A stretch of 57,799 nucleotides of DNA, filler included, from Sphacelaria rigidula (lineage: Eukaryota), in assembly GCA_964200075.2 (NCBI GenBank). It is 7 parts of 7 records of this genome, joined end to end, with 100 filler letters (N's around TTAATTAATTAA, not from the genome) between each part and the next. Parts side by side here need not be neighbours in the genome. Positions count along the whole stretch, not along the records: positions 33,088 to 41,258 come from CAXNAA020012041.1; positions 41,359 to 49,529 come from CAXNAA020012042.1; positions 49,630 to 57,799 come from CAXNAA020012043.1; 4 more parts are not named here. The stretch is one strand, 5' to 3'. Shown piece by piece: positions 37,525-49,906 of this stretch (position 1 is the first letter of the stretch; every line of letters starts with the position of its first letter). The position numbers and the translations under genes were made by a program. Under the pieces are notes generated by a model that worked only from the letters and a program-made list of their open reading frames with translations, made no database searches and was not told the DNA's origin.

Positions 37525-37899
37525 GAGTACGTCGGTCGAGGAGGCTACGAACTGACCCCGGATGACGTGGGCGGAAGACCGTCGAGGGCGGACATTGCTG
37601 GTCAACCTACAGACCAATCAGGAGAATATGAATCTCCATTTTTCCCATCGCCACTAGATCGCGAGAGCGGTATGCTGCGCCGAGCCAGCAGCGTTGGCGA
37701 CGGCTCTAGCACGTGTTGTTTTGGGTCTAGGGGTGCGAGTAGGGTGCGTGGAGGCGACGGGAGGCCGGAGGAGCAGGGGGCGGGGGAGGGCGGGGCGGAG
37801 GGGTTGGGCGCGCCTCTGTTGCCAGACTTTGCCCTAAGATCTGATAGCGATATCTTGTCTTCGCAGGAACTACAACAGGGAGAGTGTGTTTCAACGCTG
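37525..37899 (+). CDS. Exon of AVT3/4-like amino-acid transporter
   Basis: CCAAG| phase 0, CTG|GTGAGG phase 0; EYVGRGGYEL...LGAPLLP...ECVSTL. Confidence 0.75.
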
Positions 37900-39785
37900 G
37901 TGAGGAAGGGCGGGGGCGGGGGGTTGTACTCATGATCATGCATGCCATAGTCATGAGACCATTGGCCTCGCATCCCCACAAAGCCGGGACGGAGCACGCC
38001 GGGCTTTCGCCGGACCAGGCTTGCACTCGATCACCAAGCGCGAAGCGCCGTGGTCTGCGTACAAACGGTCGCGTGCTCCGAAGGGCGTGTTTTGTGGCGG
38101 TGTCTGTCGCAGAAAATTATCATGTGAGAAAAGTCATCCTAAGCTGAGGCGAGAGATGGTCAGGAACAAGGGTGTTCTATGATTAACCACCTGCCATTGC
38201 ATTCGTGACCCGCGCCGTTAAGCGCTGACCAGGAAGATCCGCAGGGGAGTGGGGGGCAGGGGAGTGGAGTGATCGTAATGTATGCACTGTCTTCGGTCGT
38301 CCTTCTCACACGCCGGCAGTGTTCTGTGTCTGGCCATGTTCTGATTTCGATCGTGTGGTCTTGCTTTATGAGTGATAGACAAAAACGAAGTGCATCCTCC
38401 CAAACTCTCGCCTAGGAGGGCGCACCAAACGAGAGGGCTCAGAATGTGGGCTCAGAAGGCTATACGTCAGTGTTCTGCGCCTTGATCACCTCCTGAGCCC
38501 TCTTGGGTTCTCGAATCACGTATTTTTGACGAAAGTCGCAGTGCTGGAGGCAGCACTGGCGATTACGAAAACATGTTCCTCCTTGAGGTGGCGATGTACC
38601 CCCTTTTTGCCCACTGATTCGGGGGGTGTACCCCCTCGTTTCTTCCGTTGTTGCAAAGTCCATCGTTTCTTTTCACTACCCTGTTTAGTTCATTCCCGGG
38701 CGAGTTGAGCACGCGACGTAGTAGTGGTCCTTGCTCTGGGCTTTCACGCAGGAGTAACGTCCGGCGAGGGAAAATAAATGTAGGTGGCGCGCTTGTAACA
38801 ATTGAAATTGAAATGGGCAATTAACCAAAACTGGGCTGCGCACTCCTTCTGTAGTCGTGTAGAGTCGTTCCTGTATTCTATGCAAGGCATAGCAACTATC
38901 GTTCAAGGTACACAATAGCTCTGCGCTTTTTACGAAAGCTCATTCGATACGTCGAGGTGGGTACTCGTAGTTTGTTGTATTCTTGAGTATTTTTATTGTG
39001 TCAGCTACCGCAGGTTTGCATATAGTAGTGCCGCTTTTTGTCTCTTCCCGAGCAAGATAGGCGAGGTTTTACATGCAAGTTCCGGCAGACCAACGAGGAA
39101 CGAGGCGAACGTAACGCGCTTAAGACGATTGATGTCCAACCGGGATCCAAGCAGCAGAAAGTGACGATGGCGCGCTTGTGACGTTCGAGACGGAAACGGT
39201 CAACGAGTCTGACCCGGCTGTGCTGCGTACCGCATGTAGGGCATAGGTTTTCCCTCGCACGGCACACAAGTACCCTGCTGTCCATGCAGGCTCTTTTTGA
39301 TCGCAGAAGCTAGGTACTCGTAGTGTGCTATACACTGGAGCATTTGGCGTTTGCTGAAGCAGCTTTCTATCGCAAGTGCGATTACAGTAAGTTGAAGAAA
39401 ACCAACACCGTGATGATGCAACCACTTGGAAGTGCGTACCATCAGACGAGGTAGGTGACACGGGGAAACCTGAGGCCTGTACCAACCAACAGTGCATCTT
39501 CCTAGCCAATGTTTGGTGTACCTCCTTCAGGCTAAAGTTTGGGGGGTATACCCCTGTTTCTCCATTGTTCTTATTTCACTTTGTTGTGATCTTGGTCGTC
39601 TCTCGCAGGCGTTTTTATCGGATTGCGTTCCCTCCCATATTCTATGTGCCGGTGCTCAATCGGTGATCTCATTATGAAATACATTCTCGTGTGTTTGCAT
39701 TGTGTTGTCTTCTATCCTCTCATCCCGCCTCATCTTCTCCCATTGCGATTCGTTCTATTCGTTCTATTCGTTCTCAATCAAGTAG

Positions 39786-39895
39786 GAGAGGACACCGCGG
39801 CGTACTAGATCCTACACGGCGTCCAAGTACGGGGGAAATTCTCTCACGCATACGGTCGTCACGTTTTTGAAGGGCATGGTCGGCTCGTACGTCCT
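39786..39895 (+). CDS. Exon of AVT3/4-like amino-acid transporter (start of Aa_trans TM1)
   Basis: TAG| phase 0, CT|GTGAGT phase 2; GGNSLTHTVVTFLKGMVGSYVL matches the AAAP-family LLK.FVG.G+L motif. Confidence 0.85.
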
Positions 39896-40387
39896 GTGAG
39901 TTACTTTCTGCTGTCATCATCCACCGGCAAACCTAGCGCCGCCTGTACACGGGCCGTTTGGCGGCGGCACGGGTAGTTATGTTCCCTGTGTTGCAGCTGT
40001 TGCAATGATGCGTCAAGATGTGAAAGATGAAGCCACACCCCTATGCATCGACAGCACCAAGGGCGCCATACAGAGGTCAAACCTCGGCGGGCTTCGTATC
40101 TAGTAGAGACCTAACGTATTTGCGAAAGTTCGCGCTTTAGCGACATCTCCCGATGGTGTAAAAAATCAAAATTGTGATGCTTGAACGGCGCGACCAATAA
40201 CCCCTTGTCGCACGTGCCACGTTAAGGTAGGGTATAGCATGTATTGTAGTCTTGGCAAAGTCCATGATGCTGAACGTATATCGTTTTTTTGTGGCGTAAG
40301 CGTTGGCGATCTTGATCTGCGCTACGCTGCCCTCTCCCAAGCTTGCACCATCGCGGCTCACGTGTTGCCGTTGATGTCGATCTCGGG

Positions 40388-40406
40388 GTTGCTGCTGTTG
40401 TTGTTG

Positions 40407-40438
<32 letters not shown>

Positions 40439-40510
40439 GGTGGTGGTGGTAGTGGTGGTGTAGTTGTTGTAGTAGTTGCAGTTGTAGTTGTAGTTGTTGT
40501 AGTAGTTGTT
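40388..40510. repeat. Compound (GTT)n(GGT)n(GTA/GTT)n microsatellite, intronic
   Basis: Seen directly. Confidence 0.95.
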
Positions 40511-40610
40511 TCCGCTCATGGCAGCTCAAGACGATGGCACATGTTGCTACTACGTTGCCTGTTGTCTTCGTTTTGTTCACGTGTTGCTGCCCGCATTTCA
40601 CGGTGAACAG

Positions 40611-40688
40611 CTATCTACCGCGCCTGTTTGCGGAAGGGGGGATACTATTCTCGGCGGCGTCGCTGGCACTACTGGCGATCTTTTCAAC
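40611..40688 (+). CDS. Exon of AVT3/4-like amino-acid transporter (TM1-TM2); rest of gene beyond scaffold end
   Basis: AACAG| and AC|GTAAGT, phase 2/2; YLPRLFAEGGILFSAASLALLAIFS matches FLP.AF..GG..FS. Confidence 0.85.
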
Positions 40689-41416
40689 GTAAGTATGGAC
40701 ACATGCCCATAATGCAATCTTATAAACGTAAGCATGTAATATTGGTCATGCTCTATCGCCAACGTGAGTGAGCGTATCCTTAAGGTCAATTCTTCCTAAC
40801 GCGAGTGCCCATGTTCGCGACATGAGTTCCCGTCGTGCGTCTGTGTCTGTTTAATTTTGCTTTGTGGACGTGTTTCTTGACGGGTTTTTCCACCGTGATG
40901 ATTTGTAACGTATGCGCAACTTTCCGAATGTCGAGCTTCTGAAGTGCGCGGGCGTGTTGTAAGCGTTTCACTTTTTAACGTGAGTTTTTTATGCGCTTAA
41001 CGGCATGTTCTTGAGACGAGGGTGCATACTTGTTGTGTTGTATTCTTAACCTAGGTGTGCATTCCACAACATTATGCTTTCAACACGAGTGTTCATGCTT
41101 CTACAACAGCTTTTGTCAGCGTAAGGGCGCGTGTCCTTAACGTTGTGCTCCGAACGTTAGTATGCATATTCCCCCACCTACATGTAACAGCCGATTTGAA
41201 ATTTTGGGGTTCAACACTAAAATGGGGCTGAAGTCGCATTTCTCTCTTGCAGGGAAGANNNNNNNNNNNNNNNNNNNNNNNNNNNNNNNNNNNNNNNNNN
41301 NNTTAATTAATTAANNNNNNNNNNNNNNNNNNNNNNNNNNNNNNNNNNNNNNNNNNNNTTTGGGCGGGGGTTCAAAAGGGGGCCCCGTTTTGATCAGACC
41401 CCCCCCCCCGGCCCAC

Positions 41417-41672
41417 CCCTTTCCACGACACCCCCCCCCCCCCCCCCCAAACAAAAGTGCCTGCTTTGGAGAGGCAAAATTTTGACGAAAATCGAGATGG
41501 AAAAACCCGAGCACAACGAGCAGCTGGGAATTCCCACGCTTGGGTTCGTTGCCGCCAATGTCGCCCATACGAGGCGCTTCATGTAGCCTGAACCCAAACA
41601 TCAGGCGCTGTATGACCATTTTTTTCGCGACAGTCTTGGGCTGGTTTTGGAGGGGGGCTATCGTAAAAAGTG
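41417..41672 (-). mobile_element. CAC-terminated MITE, near-complete copy
   Basis: Right end GGGGGCTATCGTAAAAAGTG; left end similar to 57745-57799. Confidence 0.7.
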
Positions 41673-42002
41673 TCATCAAATTAAAAAAAAAAACGCCGAG
41701 GTCACTTTTGCTCACAATCGTCACTGATTTTGTTCCACAACATGCACTTTTTCGCATTTCGTTCAGAATTGGGCGCGAATTTGATTTTGAACCGGTCCCA
41801 TGAGAGTTGGTATCATCTCTATCTGTAGCGAATTGGCAGAGAAATATGCACCTTCAGACTGGAAACGCCGACGAAACTCGTCGGATTGCCATGACTGAAT
41901 AATCATCTGGAACGCACGACGAACGACCCAAAAGTTCACATCCTGGACGATACACTACGTTTTCGATACATATACATTAGTCGATCACATTAAAATTTTG
42001 CG

Positions 42003-42328
42003 ATATATATATATATATATATATCTGTCGCACTTTGAACCCCTCCCCTCCCTCGGGGCGAGTCCGTGGTCTCAAGGGATTAAGCCATCTCATCTCCTCC
42101 CGGTACACGCTTTTTATCTCGCGGATTGGGTCAGCATCAGCACTCCCGCACGGCGTCAACTCACGACAAACAAACTCAGTCGACTACTTTGTTTACTCAC
42201 GTTCTCACGCTTTCCACGGTGGAAATCAGACATTACGAAAAAAAAAACCAACGCATCGGGAATCGAACCCTTGTTCTCCCCACCCTAATGGCGGCGGTCG
42301 GACCATTTACATTACCGGGTCGCAGCGG
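42003..42328 (-). mobile_element. tRNA-derived SINE, second copy
   Basis: Reverse complement aligns along the full length of 5806-6139, including the B-box and TA tail. Confidence 0.8.
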
Positions 42329-42766
42329 ACATATTGCCGGCGTAGGATATATTGGCATCCTTGGACTGCACGCGTATTGCGCACCCAATATATATTATAT
42401 ATATATATATATATATTGATGTCGCGGGACTGCATACATATTGCCCGCCCGATATATATTGGTACCGTGGGATTGCACATATATTGCCCCATCAACATAT
42501 ATTGGGGGGAGTGTGGGAGACGACATATTGCACGACCAATGTATATTAGGGTCGCATTGGTGAGAACCTATTGACCGGTCAATATATATTGGGGCCGCGT
42601 GGGTGCTAATGTCTTGGTCGGTCCGTATATATTGGATATCACAAGTATGGTGTACGCTCTGAGAAAGATTCAGACGCGATGGATGCCAGAGCCCGTACAG
42701 ATTGTGAAGAGCTTAGAAGAAGCCGCAGAAGTTCGCGTGCATTGCTACGGAGAGTTGTCGAATGCG

Positions 42767-42801
<35 letters not shown>

Positions 42802-43445
42802 CCGGAGAATATGATGGCAGGAGAGGCGACCCGGTATATATGCCTTCTGATACCCATCTGGCCACTGGTGCGGTGCCGTCCATCCCTTTCACAACATGAA
42901 ATACAGCTTGGGTAAACAGTACGACGGCAGCATACGCGGGTCGATATGCACTTTTTGGTACCCTTTTGGCCACCGGTGCTGTGTTGCTTATACCCTGGAC
43001 AAATTCCATATGTTCCAATATGATACCGATACTTTGTTTGTATTGGAGACAGCGCATGTATTGTCCTTTCAATATATATCGTGTTGAGATGTCCTTGGAG
43101 ACATTGAAGCAACAACATACATTTCTCGTCTCATGATCATGAAGTAATGCATGACAATATATATTGGGTATGGAGTTGCTCCGGGAACGAAACATTCAGT
43201 ACATATTGTGCATGCCGGCCGTGTATGTATTAAAGTGTCGATACATATATTGAGTCGAAGCAATGCTTAACATATTGTGGTGTGTTTGTCTCTTTTTGTG
43301 CGTACGTGTGTATGAAGGTGCTTTTTGCATATTTTCTCCTCAATAATTCTGCGTTTCCCACAGTCATAACTGGTAAAGCGACAAGAATCCACAAAACCAA
43401 CGAGAAATCGTATCTGCCTTGTTAGCGCCTGCCCCCCTCCACGGA

Positions 43446-43542
43446 GCCTGGTCCGGCGAAAACCCGGCGTGCTCCCTCCCGGCTTTGTAGGGATGCGAGG
43501 TCTATGGTCTGATGACTATGGCATGCATGATCATGAGTACAC
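43446..43542 (+). mobile_element. 5'-truncated retroelement 3' end, subfamily 2 (also 15669-15724 -, 37908-38022 -, 49420-49437 -)
   Basis: GGGATGCGAGGTCTATGGTCTGATGACTATGGCATGCATGATCATGAGTACACC, alignable to subfamily 1; TSD CCACGGA. Confidence 0.7.
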
Positions 43543-43865
43543 CACGGATAAGTCAGCTCGAGGAAATTAGAAACTTGGAATTAGAACCTTGGAATTAGAA
43601 ACTTGGAATCTGAAAGAAAAAACAGGCGAGAGAACATGGGAGATGGCCCGCCGGTTGGTTATCAGTTTCGAAGTCATGGGCCATGTACGTGTGTCATACT
43701 TCATGGATATCATATACCATGTGTCATGCTCCATGTGTTTTTCACGCAATGTGTCATACTACATCTGTGTCATACTACATCTGTGTTATAGGCCATATTT
43801 GTCATACTCCATGTGTATCATGCTCCATGTGTGTGTATATATGTATGATTTTTTTCTTCCTTCAC

Positions 43866-43925
43866 CTTTTCTCCAAGCAACTGTTGCCGAGCCGCCTGAA
43901 GAGCGGAAGCCTGTGTGTCGATCAT
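43866..43925 (-). CDS. Exon of a coiled-coil protein
   Basis: CGCAG| and AAG|GTGAAG, phase 0/0; MIDTQASALQAARQQLLGEK. Confidence 0.6.
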
Positions 43926-44393
43926 CTGCGTTTTGCATAGAATCCATAGTTGAAAACAAACACAGCAAAGGTCACGTACGTGTTCGCTTCTCCCTTTCGA
44001 CTTTTTCGACTTCAATTTATGTGTGTGCGTGTAAACAAGCGCAAAAATAGCATCGACCAAAAAGCTTCCAGAAAGACAACATGAGGTAAAGGGAGAAAGG
44101 GAGAAGGGAAACGTGTTTCAAAGACACAGACCCGACACGGACACGACTACTTTGAGGGTGAGCACTTCGGCAGATTCCCCGTGTCCCAACTTCTTGCATT
44201 CACAAACTACATATAAACTGTACTATGCATTCATGACCCCAAAAAGACAGCATGCGCGAATCAAAAACGAAGGAACGAAACATGGAGAGAAAAAAGAAAT
44301 AGAAAAAAGCGCACACAACATAGCAACTCCGTCTATGCACACCCAAAAAGACACGCGCGGATACATACCACATCGGAAAAAAGCGCGCGCGCG

Positions 44394-44434
<41 letters not shown>

Positions 44435-44574
44435 CATCCCTTCTGTATGCCTTACTTCATGACCAGCCTGGGCTGGATTCGTGTCGGACCAGTTAATATG
44501 CGACAACCAACCTATCAAGCAACCAATCCATCAATCAAATCGTATGCGATTCCATTAACATGCTGTTTCCGCAC

Positions 44575-44655
44575 CGTCTGATATCTGGCGACGCTGCCCT
44601 GATGCCGACCGTGTGCAGAATGCCTCTCGTAGAGCTTCTCGGAGATCTCCGCCAA
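44575..44655 (-). CDS. Exon of a coiled-coil protein
   Basis: First AG after the T-rich tract is GGAG|; donor ACG|GTGCGG; LAEISEKLYERHSAHGRHQGSVARYQT; phase 0/0. Confidence 0.6.
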
Positions 44656-45028
44656 CTCCAGATCCCCCAAAACGGGTGAAACACGCAAAAAAGCGAACAC
44701 ATGAAGCACACGAGGACCCACATATGAGCAAGCATCGAAGCACCGAGCGCCGAGAACCGAGAACACACATACAACCGTGATGATCGTAGCGATCAATGTC
44801 CGTCAAACAGCGGGGTAACAGGGAGGGGGGGGGGGAAGGGTAGGAAGACTAAACTTGGCATGCGAATGTCACACACTACACGTGCCGAGCTCAAGATATC
44901 GATTATACGATGTAAGGGGGAGGGTGTTCGGTTGCACGAAGCAGAGGGGTTCGTGAGCTTGCTTGCTACTACTGTATACATGATCTCACACACTTACCCG
45001 TTGTCCGCTTGTCCTGTTTTGTATGTAT

Positions 45029-45279
45029 GAGTCATCCTACGATAGGGGGGGGGGTATTTTGGGCCATTTTTTGCACAAAATTCCAAGTCAAATCGTCGTT
45101 GTAAGCAGCAACGGGTGGTCGAACGAGCTTGTTATGGATAAATGATGCTCATTCATGCCGATTAACACCGTTTTGAACCAAATACAAGCTCACCGCGGGT
45201 GTGGCAAGCCGCCTGACACATTCATGAGCCACTTTTTTGGTGCAACCAAATACTCCCCCCCCCTATCGTAGGATGACTT
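45029..45279. mobile_element. Sola2-like MITE, family B
   Basis: TIR GAGTCATCCTACGATAGGGGGGG / CCCCCCCTATCGTAGGATGACTT, related to the family A TIR, different body; near-match 4-bp flanks GTAT/GTCT. Confidence 0.75.
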
Positions 45280-46704
45280 GTCTGTCGTTGAAAACTGAAA
45301 AGCGTTGCCGGGTGATGTGAAGGCGTGTATTATTATTTAAATACCAAAGAAGACCATTCGAGTGAAATTTGCTGCTTACATCGAAACTTCAGACTGACTC
45401 TTTCGTGCAAAAGGTGGTGCCGCAAGATAATGAGTACCTCCTCCCCCCCCCGCCGCCCCCCCGCCACCACGTGCGGCCTCTACCTTCCCTCACGTCAGTC
45501 NNNNNNNNNNAAATTTTCCTCTACACACAGACACACCACACACCTCCTTCCGCCAAAACAGTGCGCCCCCCAAAAAATGCGCCCCCCCCCCCCCCCCCCC
45601 CCCCCCTCCTGCCTATATTCAAGCATCAGTCTCAAAATTCCCCCCAACAAGGTTTGTATCTCGCCTTTTTTTCCAGTGTCTGAATATATTTGAACGGTCT
45701 GGCGACACGTCAAACGGAATCAACACACTTGAGCCACCATTTTTACTCGCGTCCTTTCTGACTCGGAGATCGACAGTCTTACTGACATCGTCCTTGTGCA
45801 GAGAGTATTTGGTTTCTAGTCCTCTACAGACACGTTTTGTGGGAGTTGTCGTTTGCTTGGAGATACTCTCTACGCTGCCTGCCTAATACGCTTATTCTTT
45901 CGCATCCCGCTCGAACGGCCCGGAACACTTGTGCGGTCGCCATGCGTACGTCAGGTAGATCACGCGATACATGTTTGTTGTAGACAAAAACGAAACACAC
46001 AAAAACAAATTGAAGAAGAAACGACAAAAAAACACTAGAACAATTCATGAAAAAAAAATCAAAATAACTCACGAGAAACAAAACACGAAAAACATGGAAA
46101 AAAAAAAGAAAAAACACAAGGGAGAGAAGAAAAAAAGCTGAGAGAACCATAAATAAATACAACGCACGCGCACAAGCACTTGTAGATACACTGTACGTCA
46201 AGAACATTCTATCTAAATCTAGACGGAGTATTCTCCTTTTTTCTATCGAGTTTCGGTCATTATTTCTGTTTTCGTTATTTCCGTCACATTAGATCGATCT
46301 CTCGAACCCGTGGTCACAGAGTGCAAGGAGCATACCACTCATACCCATACATCAAACAGTCAATTGAGGAAGGCGAAAAACAAAACAGCTGAACGAAAAA
46401 AACATTCGTGAGTTATTCAACTACAAAAACTGAGTAGCGCTTAGTTCTGTTTTTCATATTGGCGTTAGGACACCAGCAGTGGGTGGGCTTTCTTTGTACT
46501 CATGCCCCTGCGCCAACACACTCTGCTTGCTTTTTATTTTGTGCGCTTCATCCTTTTCCGTGCTTCAAATACTCCCTGGGCGAGTAATTCCGTTCACTCC
46601 GCCTTAGGATTCCCCGCGCATATTGTGACCAGCACTAGTGCATGCGTGGTGGAACAGCCGATTCGAAACCATCAGGCGTTGATCTGTTCCATTTTACTAT
46701 TCAT

Positions 46705-47270
46705 GTTGGTCGGATTGATGCATTGATCAATTGATCAATTGATTTTGATACAATAGATTGATGAATTGATCAGCTGCTTAGTTTGTTGATTTGTTCGTCG
46801 TTGTGATGATTGGTTGATTCGTTGATGGGTTGGTCAGCTTGTGGTTTGTTTTTCCTTCTCCTCTCTTCCACATCTCGCGTCCTCATCTCGAGTTTGTTTC
46901 CGCTGACTACTCTGGCGAATGTCCCTGTATGGTGTTACCTTGGGTATACATATATACACACACATGTATATTTAGATAAATACATCAATGAATACTGTAG
47001 GCATGGCTGAATTTTCACAGTAGCAATCAACCAATGAAATCAATGACATCAATTGATCAACCAACGAATCCATCCATAAATCAGTACATGAATTAAACAG
47101 TAGATCTGTCAACCAATGAGTAGAAATCAGTGATGAATCAACCAGTAGACCTACCCATCAACGAACCGACTGATCATCACAACGACAAACAAATCAACAG
47201 ACAGACTAACCAGCTGATCAATTCATCGATTCATCAATGCATTCAATTGATCAATTCACCAACCAACCAG
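46705..47270. repeat. Inverted pair of ATTG/CAAT-rich segments (~130-bp arms)
   Basis: 46705-46835 is approximately the reverse complement of 47148-47270. Confidence 0.7.
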
Positions 47271-47827
47271 TCGAACGAACAATTAACGACCAGTATAGTA
47301 GTACAAGTTTAAACTCTTCATTTTCGATCGAATGGAGGCGATTTTTTTTCAGGTCTTTCACTCACCACTCCTCATCACGGTTTCTGTTTGATCCTAGACT
47401 TCAGGAATCGAGAGACATTACTACCCCACACAATGATCAAAAACAAAAAGGTACGACTGATGTTGAACACGATACGAGCTCACCGGTCGTTCGGGGTCCT
47501 ACGAGTGTACAGCCCCCAGTTCTCGCCCGTCGATATTTTTTCTCGACCGAGACAATCCGGATCGTTACAAAGAACAATCCTAGGCTTCATTTTTCTTTCC
47601 TTCTCGACACGCATTGCGCTACAGCCGAAACTCCGTATTATCACTTCTAGAATCAAATGCGGTGAATAACACCCCCTCGATAAACGGAGTTTCACTCTAT
47701 ATCGTTCCGACAACATCAAAAAAGGGGAAATTCGTCCGGACCACCACCTGCCTATTTTTTTCAACGCCTGCCGACTCCCAAACTTACAAGCGATTTCAAA
47801 GTTTGAACTTGTACTACCATTCTATAC

Positions 47828-48013
47828 CTTTGCGCGCAACGATTCCGCGTCCTGCTCCGCCTTGAGCTGGGCTTGTCGGGCCTCGCGCTCGGCCCTCTCC
47901 ACCTCGCCCGCGTGTTCAACGGCCTCGAGCCTCAGCAGCGCCTCGTGTTCCATGTCGGATTGAGCCCTGCGCTCGGACAGCTTGATTTCCTCGGCCTCTT
48001 GACGAGCAGCGTC
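47828..48013 (-). CDS. Exon of a coiled-coil protein
   Basis: GTTAG| and AAG|GTATAG, phase 0/0; DAARQEAEEIKLSERRAQSDMEHEALLRLEAVEHAGEVERAEREARQAQLKAEQDAESLRAK. Confidence 0.8.
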
Positions 48014-48545
48014 CTAACAACAGGAGGGAGAACCAGAACAATAAAAAAGAAAAATGGAGGAGGACAGAAAAGGGAAAACAGAGAACACAGGAAGTCAAGT
48101 TTAATAGTTCAGCTACAGTTTCGAAAAACATTCCAACCTCGTGTCCCTGATCAAGCAATAACATACATGCACCCATGATTACAAATCAAACGGATTTTCC
48201 ACAAAAAGTACAGGTGAGCGACAGACGAACACGAAAACCGAACATTCGCGGTTGAAAAAACAAACAAACATCAAAGACACGGTGGAAAGTTGATAATGCT
48301 TGCAGCAGGGTACAGGAACTGACAACCCTGTATTTTTTTTTCTCTCGTAACTAAACGTTTTCCCTTTTTTTTCTCGAGCTCCCTTTACTAGTTAGTTAAG
48401 GCGATTGCTTCCGTCCTTGTTAACTTTGCGTACGTCCATCTTGCCACCAACTTTGGGCTCCTGTTGATGGGGTACCCGGTGATGTCCGAACGTTTAATCA
48501 CCCACTCAATGAGTCAATCTGTTCTTGTAGTTTCGGGCCCTCACC

Positions 48546-48823
48546 GAATAATTTCAAACGTCGGACAGATCATGATCTGTCTGAAACAACTAATGATAGA
48601 AGACTCTCGAGCCCGTTGGTCCAAAAAACACAAAATATGTGACAGCGGAGTCAGTAAAGCCAAAGCGCAACCTTTGCACTACTCGGCATGCTCAGCGTCC
48701 GGCACCGTAAGGAGCAAACATGGAAAAGTAGGGTCAGATGATCCGGATCATGATCCGGATCGGTATACTGAAAATAAGTAATTTTCAGACGGATCATCAT
48801 CGGTCCGACGTGTGGAATGATTC
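48546..48823. mobile_element. MITE-like element
   Basis: GAATAATTTCAAACGTCGGACAGATCATGATCTGTCTGAAA / TTTCAGACGGATCATCATCGGTCCGACGTGTGGAATGATTC. Confidence 0.6.
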
Positions 48824-49436
48824 ATAACACTTTTCATTTCTCGATCGTTTGGCCGCGGGGTGGGTCATCTGGGCTCTTGCCAAATCATTTTGAGGTGAAA
48901 CTGATGCCGATTCAGCGTATGACCGCACCCTGGCGGTCATGACGATTAAATATATATATACATATATGTACCGGGGGGAAGACGGGTTGATCCTCTGAGA
49001 CCACGGATTTATCCCGAGGAAGGGGAGCGGTTCACAATGCGACGAATAAAATGATAATAAAGTAATAAAAATTGCTTATACAATTTTCCTGATTTTCAAC
49101 TGGGCATAATCGCGGCAAACCCTCTTATCGCATCACAAGCCTACCACAAAAATCAATCAACGTGTTGAGTACTAATGAGTGATACACTGCATTCAACAGA
49201 AGTGATGTATTGCACTCAAAGAGAAAACCGTTGTTTTGCACATGAAATACCAAAATACCACGAAAATATAACCCTGTCACGCAAAGTACAAAAAATCAGT
49301 GAACTTAATTTGCAGCGAATATAAAGCAAGTCTTCGATTTAAACGGCCAAGAGACACGGTACCGTCATGCTGAGACACGGTACCGTCATGCTGCGATAGA
49401 GAGGGAGGGAGGGAGGGGGGCGGGGGGTGTACTCAT

Positions 49437-49469
<33 letters not shown>

Positions 49470-49906
49470 TTTTTTGTTGCTTCCTTTTGAGGTTGGATAC
49501 TCCGCCAAAGTAGGGGGGGGGGGTGGGAGNNNNNNNNNNNNNNNNNNNNNNNNNNNNNNNNNNNNNNNNNNNNTTAATTAATTAANNNNNNNNNNNNNNN
49601 NNNNNNNNNNNNNNNNNNNNNNNNNNNNNTAGTGTGTGATGGAGCACTGACTGTACCATTGCGGGTGCGGTGTGCAAGGAATGTGTGATGGAAAGACAAT
49701 TCGCAGGCTGAGAAAAATCTCTGCGAATCGATGGCGATTCCCAGAGCGATTTCGCATCATCCCGCTGTCTGCGATTTGTGACCATTTTCCAGAGGCTCTT
49801 GTCATGAAAAATGGCCTCATAAGGTCGCGTTCTGAAAAAAGTCTCTGGAGACTGATCAAAATGACTTGTCTCAGAGAATTTTTCAAGTCTATAAGAAGCG
49901 GCCTGA

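Noticed and set aside
37810-37885. TLDc domain start and a non-canonical GA donor
   Set aside because: Downstream exons are clearly Aa_trans, and the canonical phase-0 GT donor at 37900 fits the acceptor at 39785.
37908-43548. 5.6-kb transposon bounded by ~110-bp inverted repeats
   Set aside because: The two copies lie on different scaffolds across an artificial linker and are independent retroelement 3' ends.
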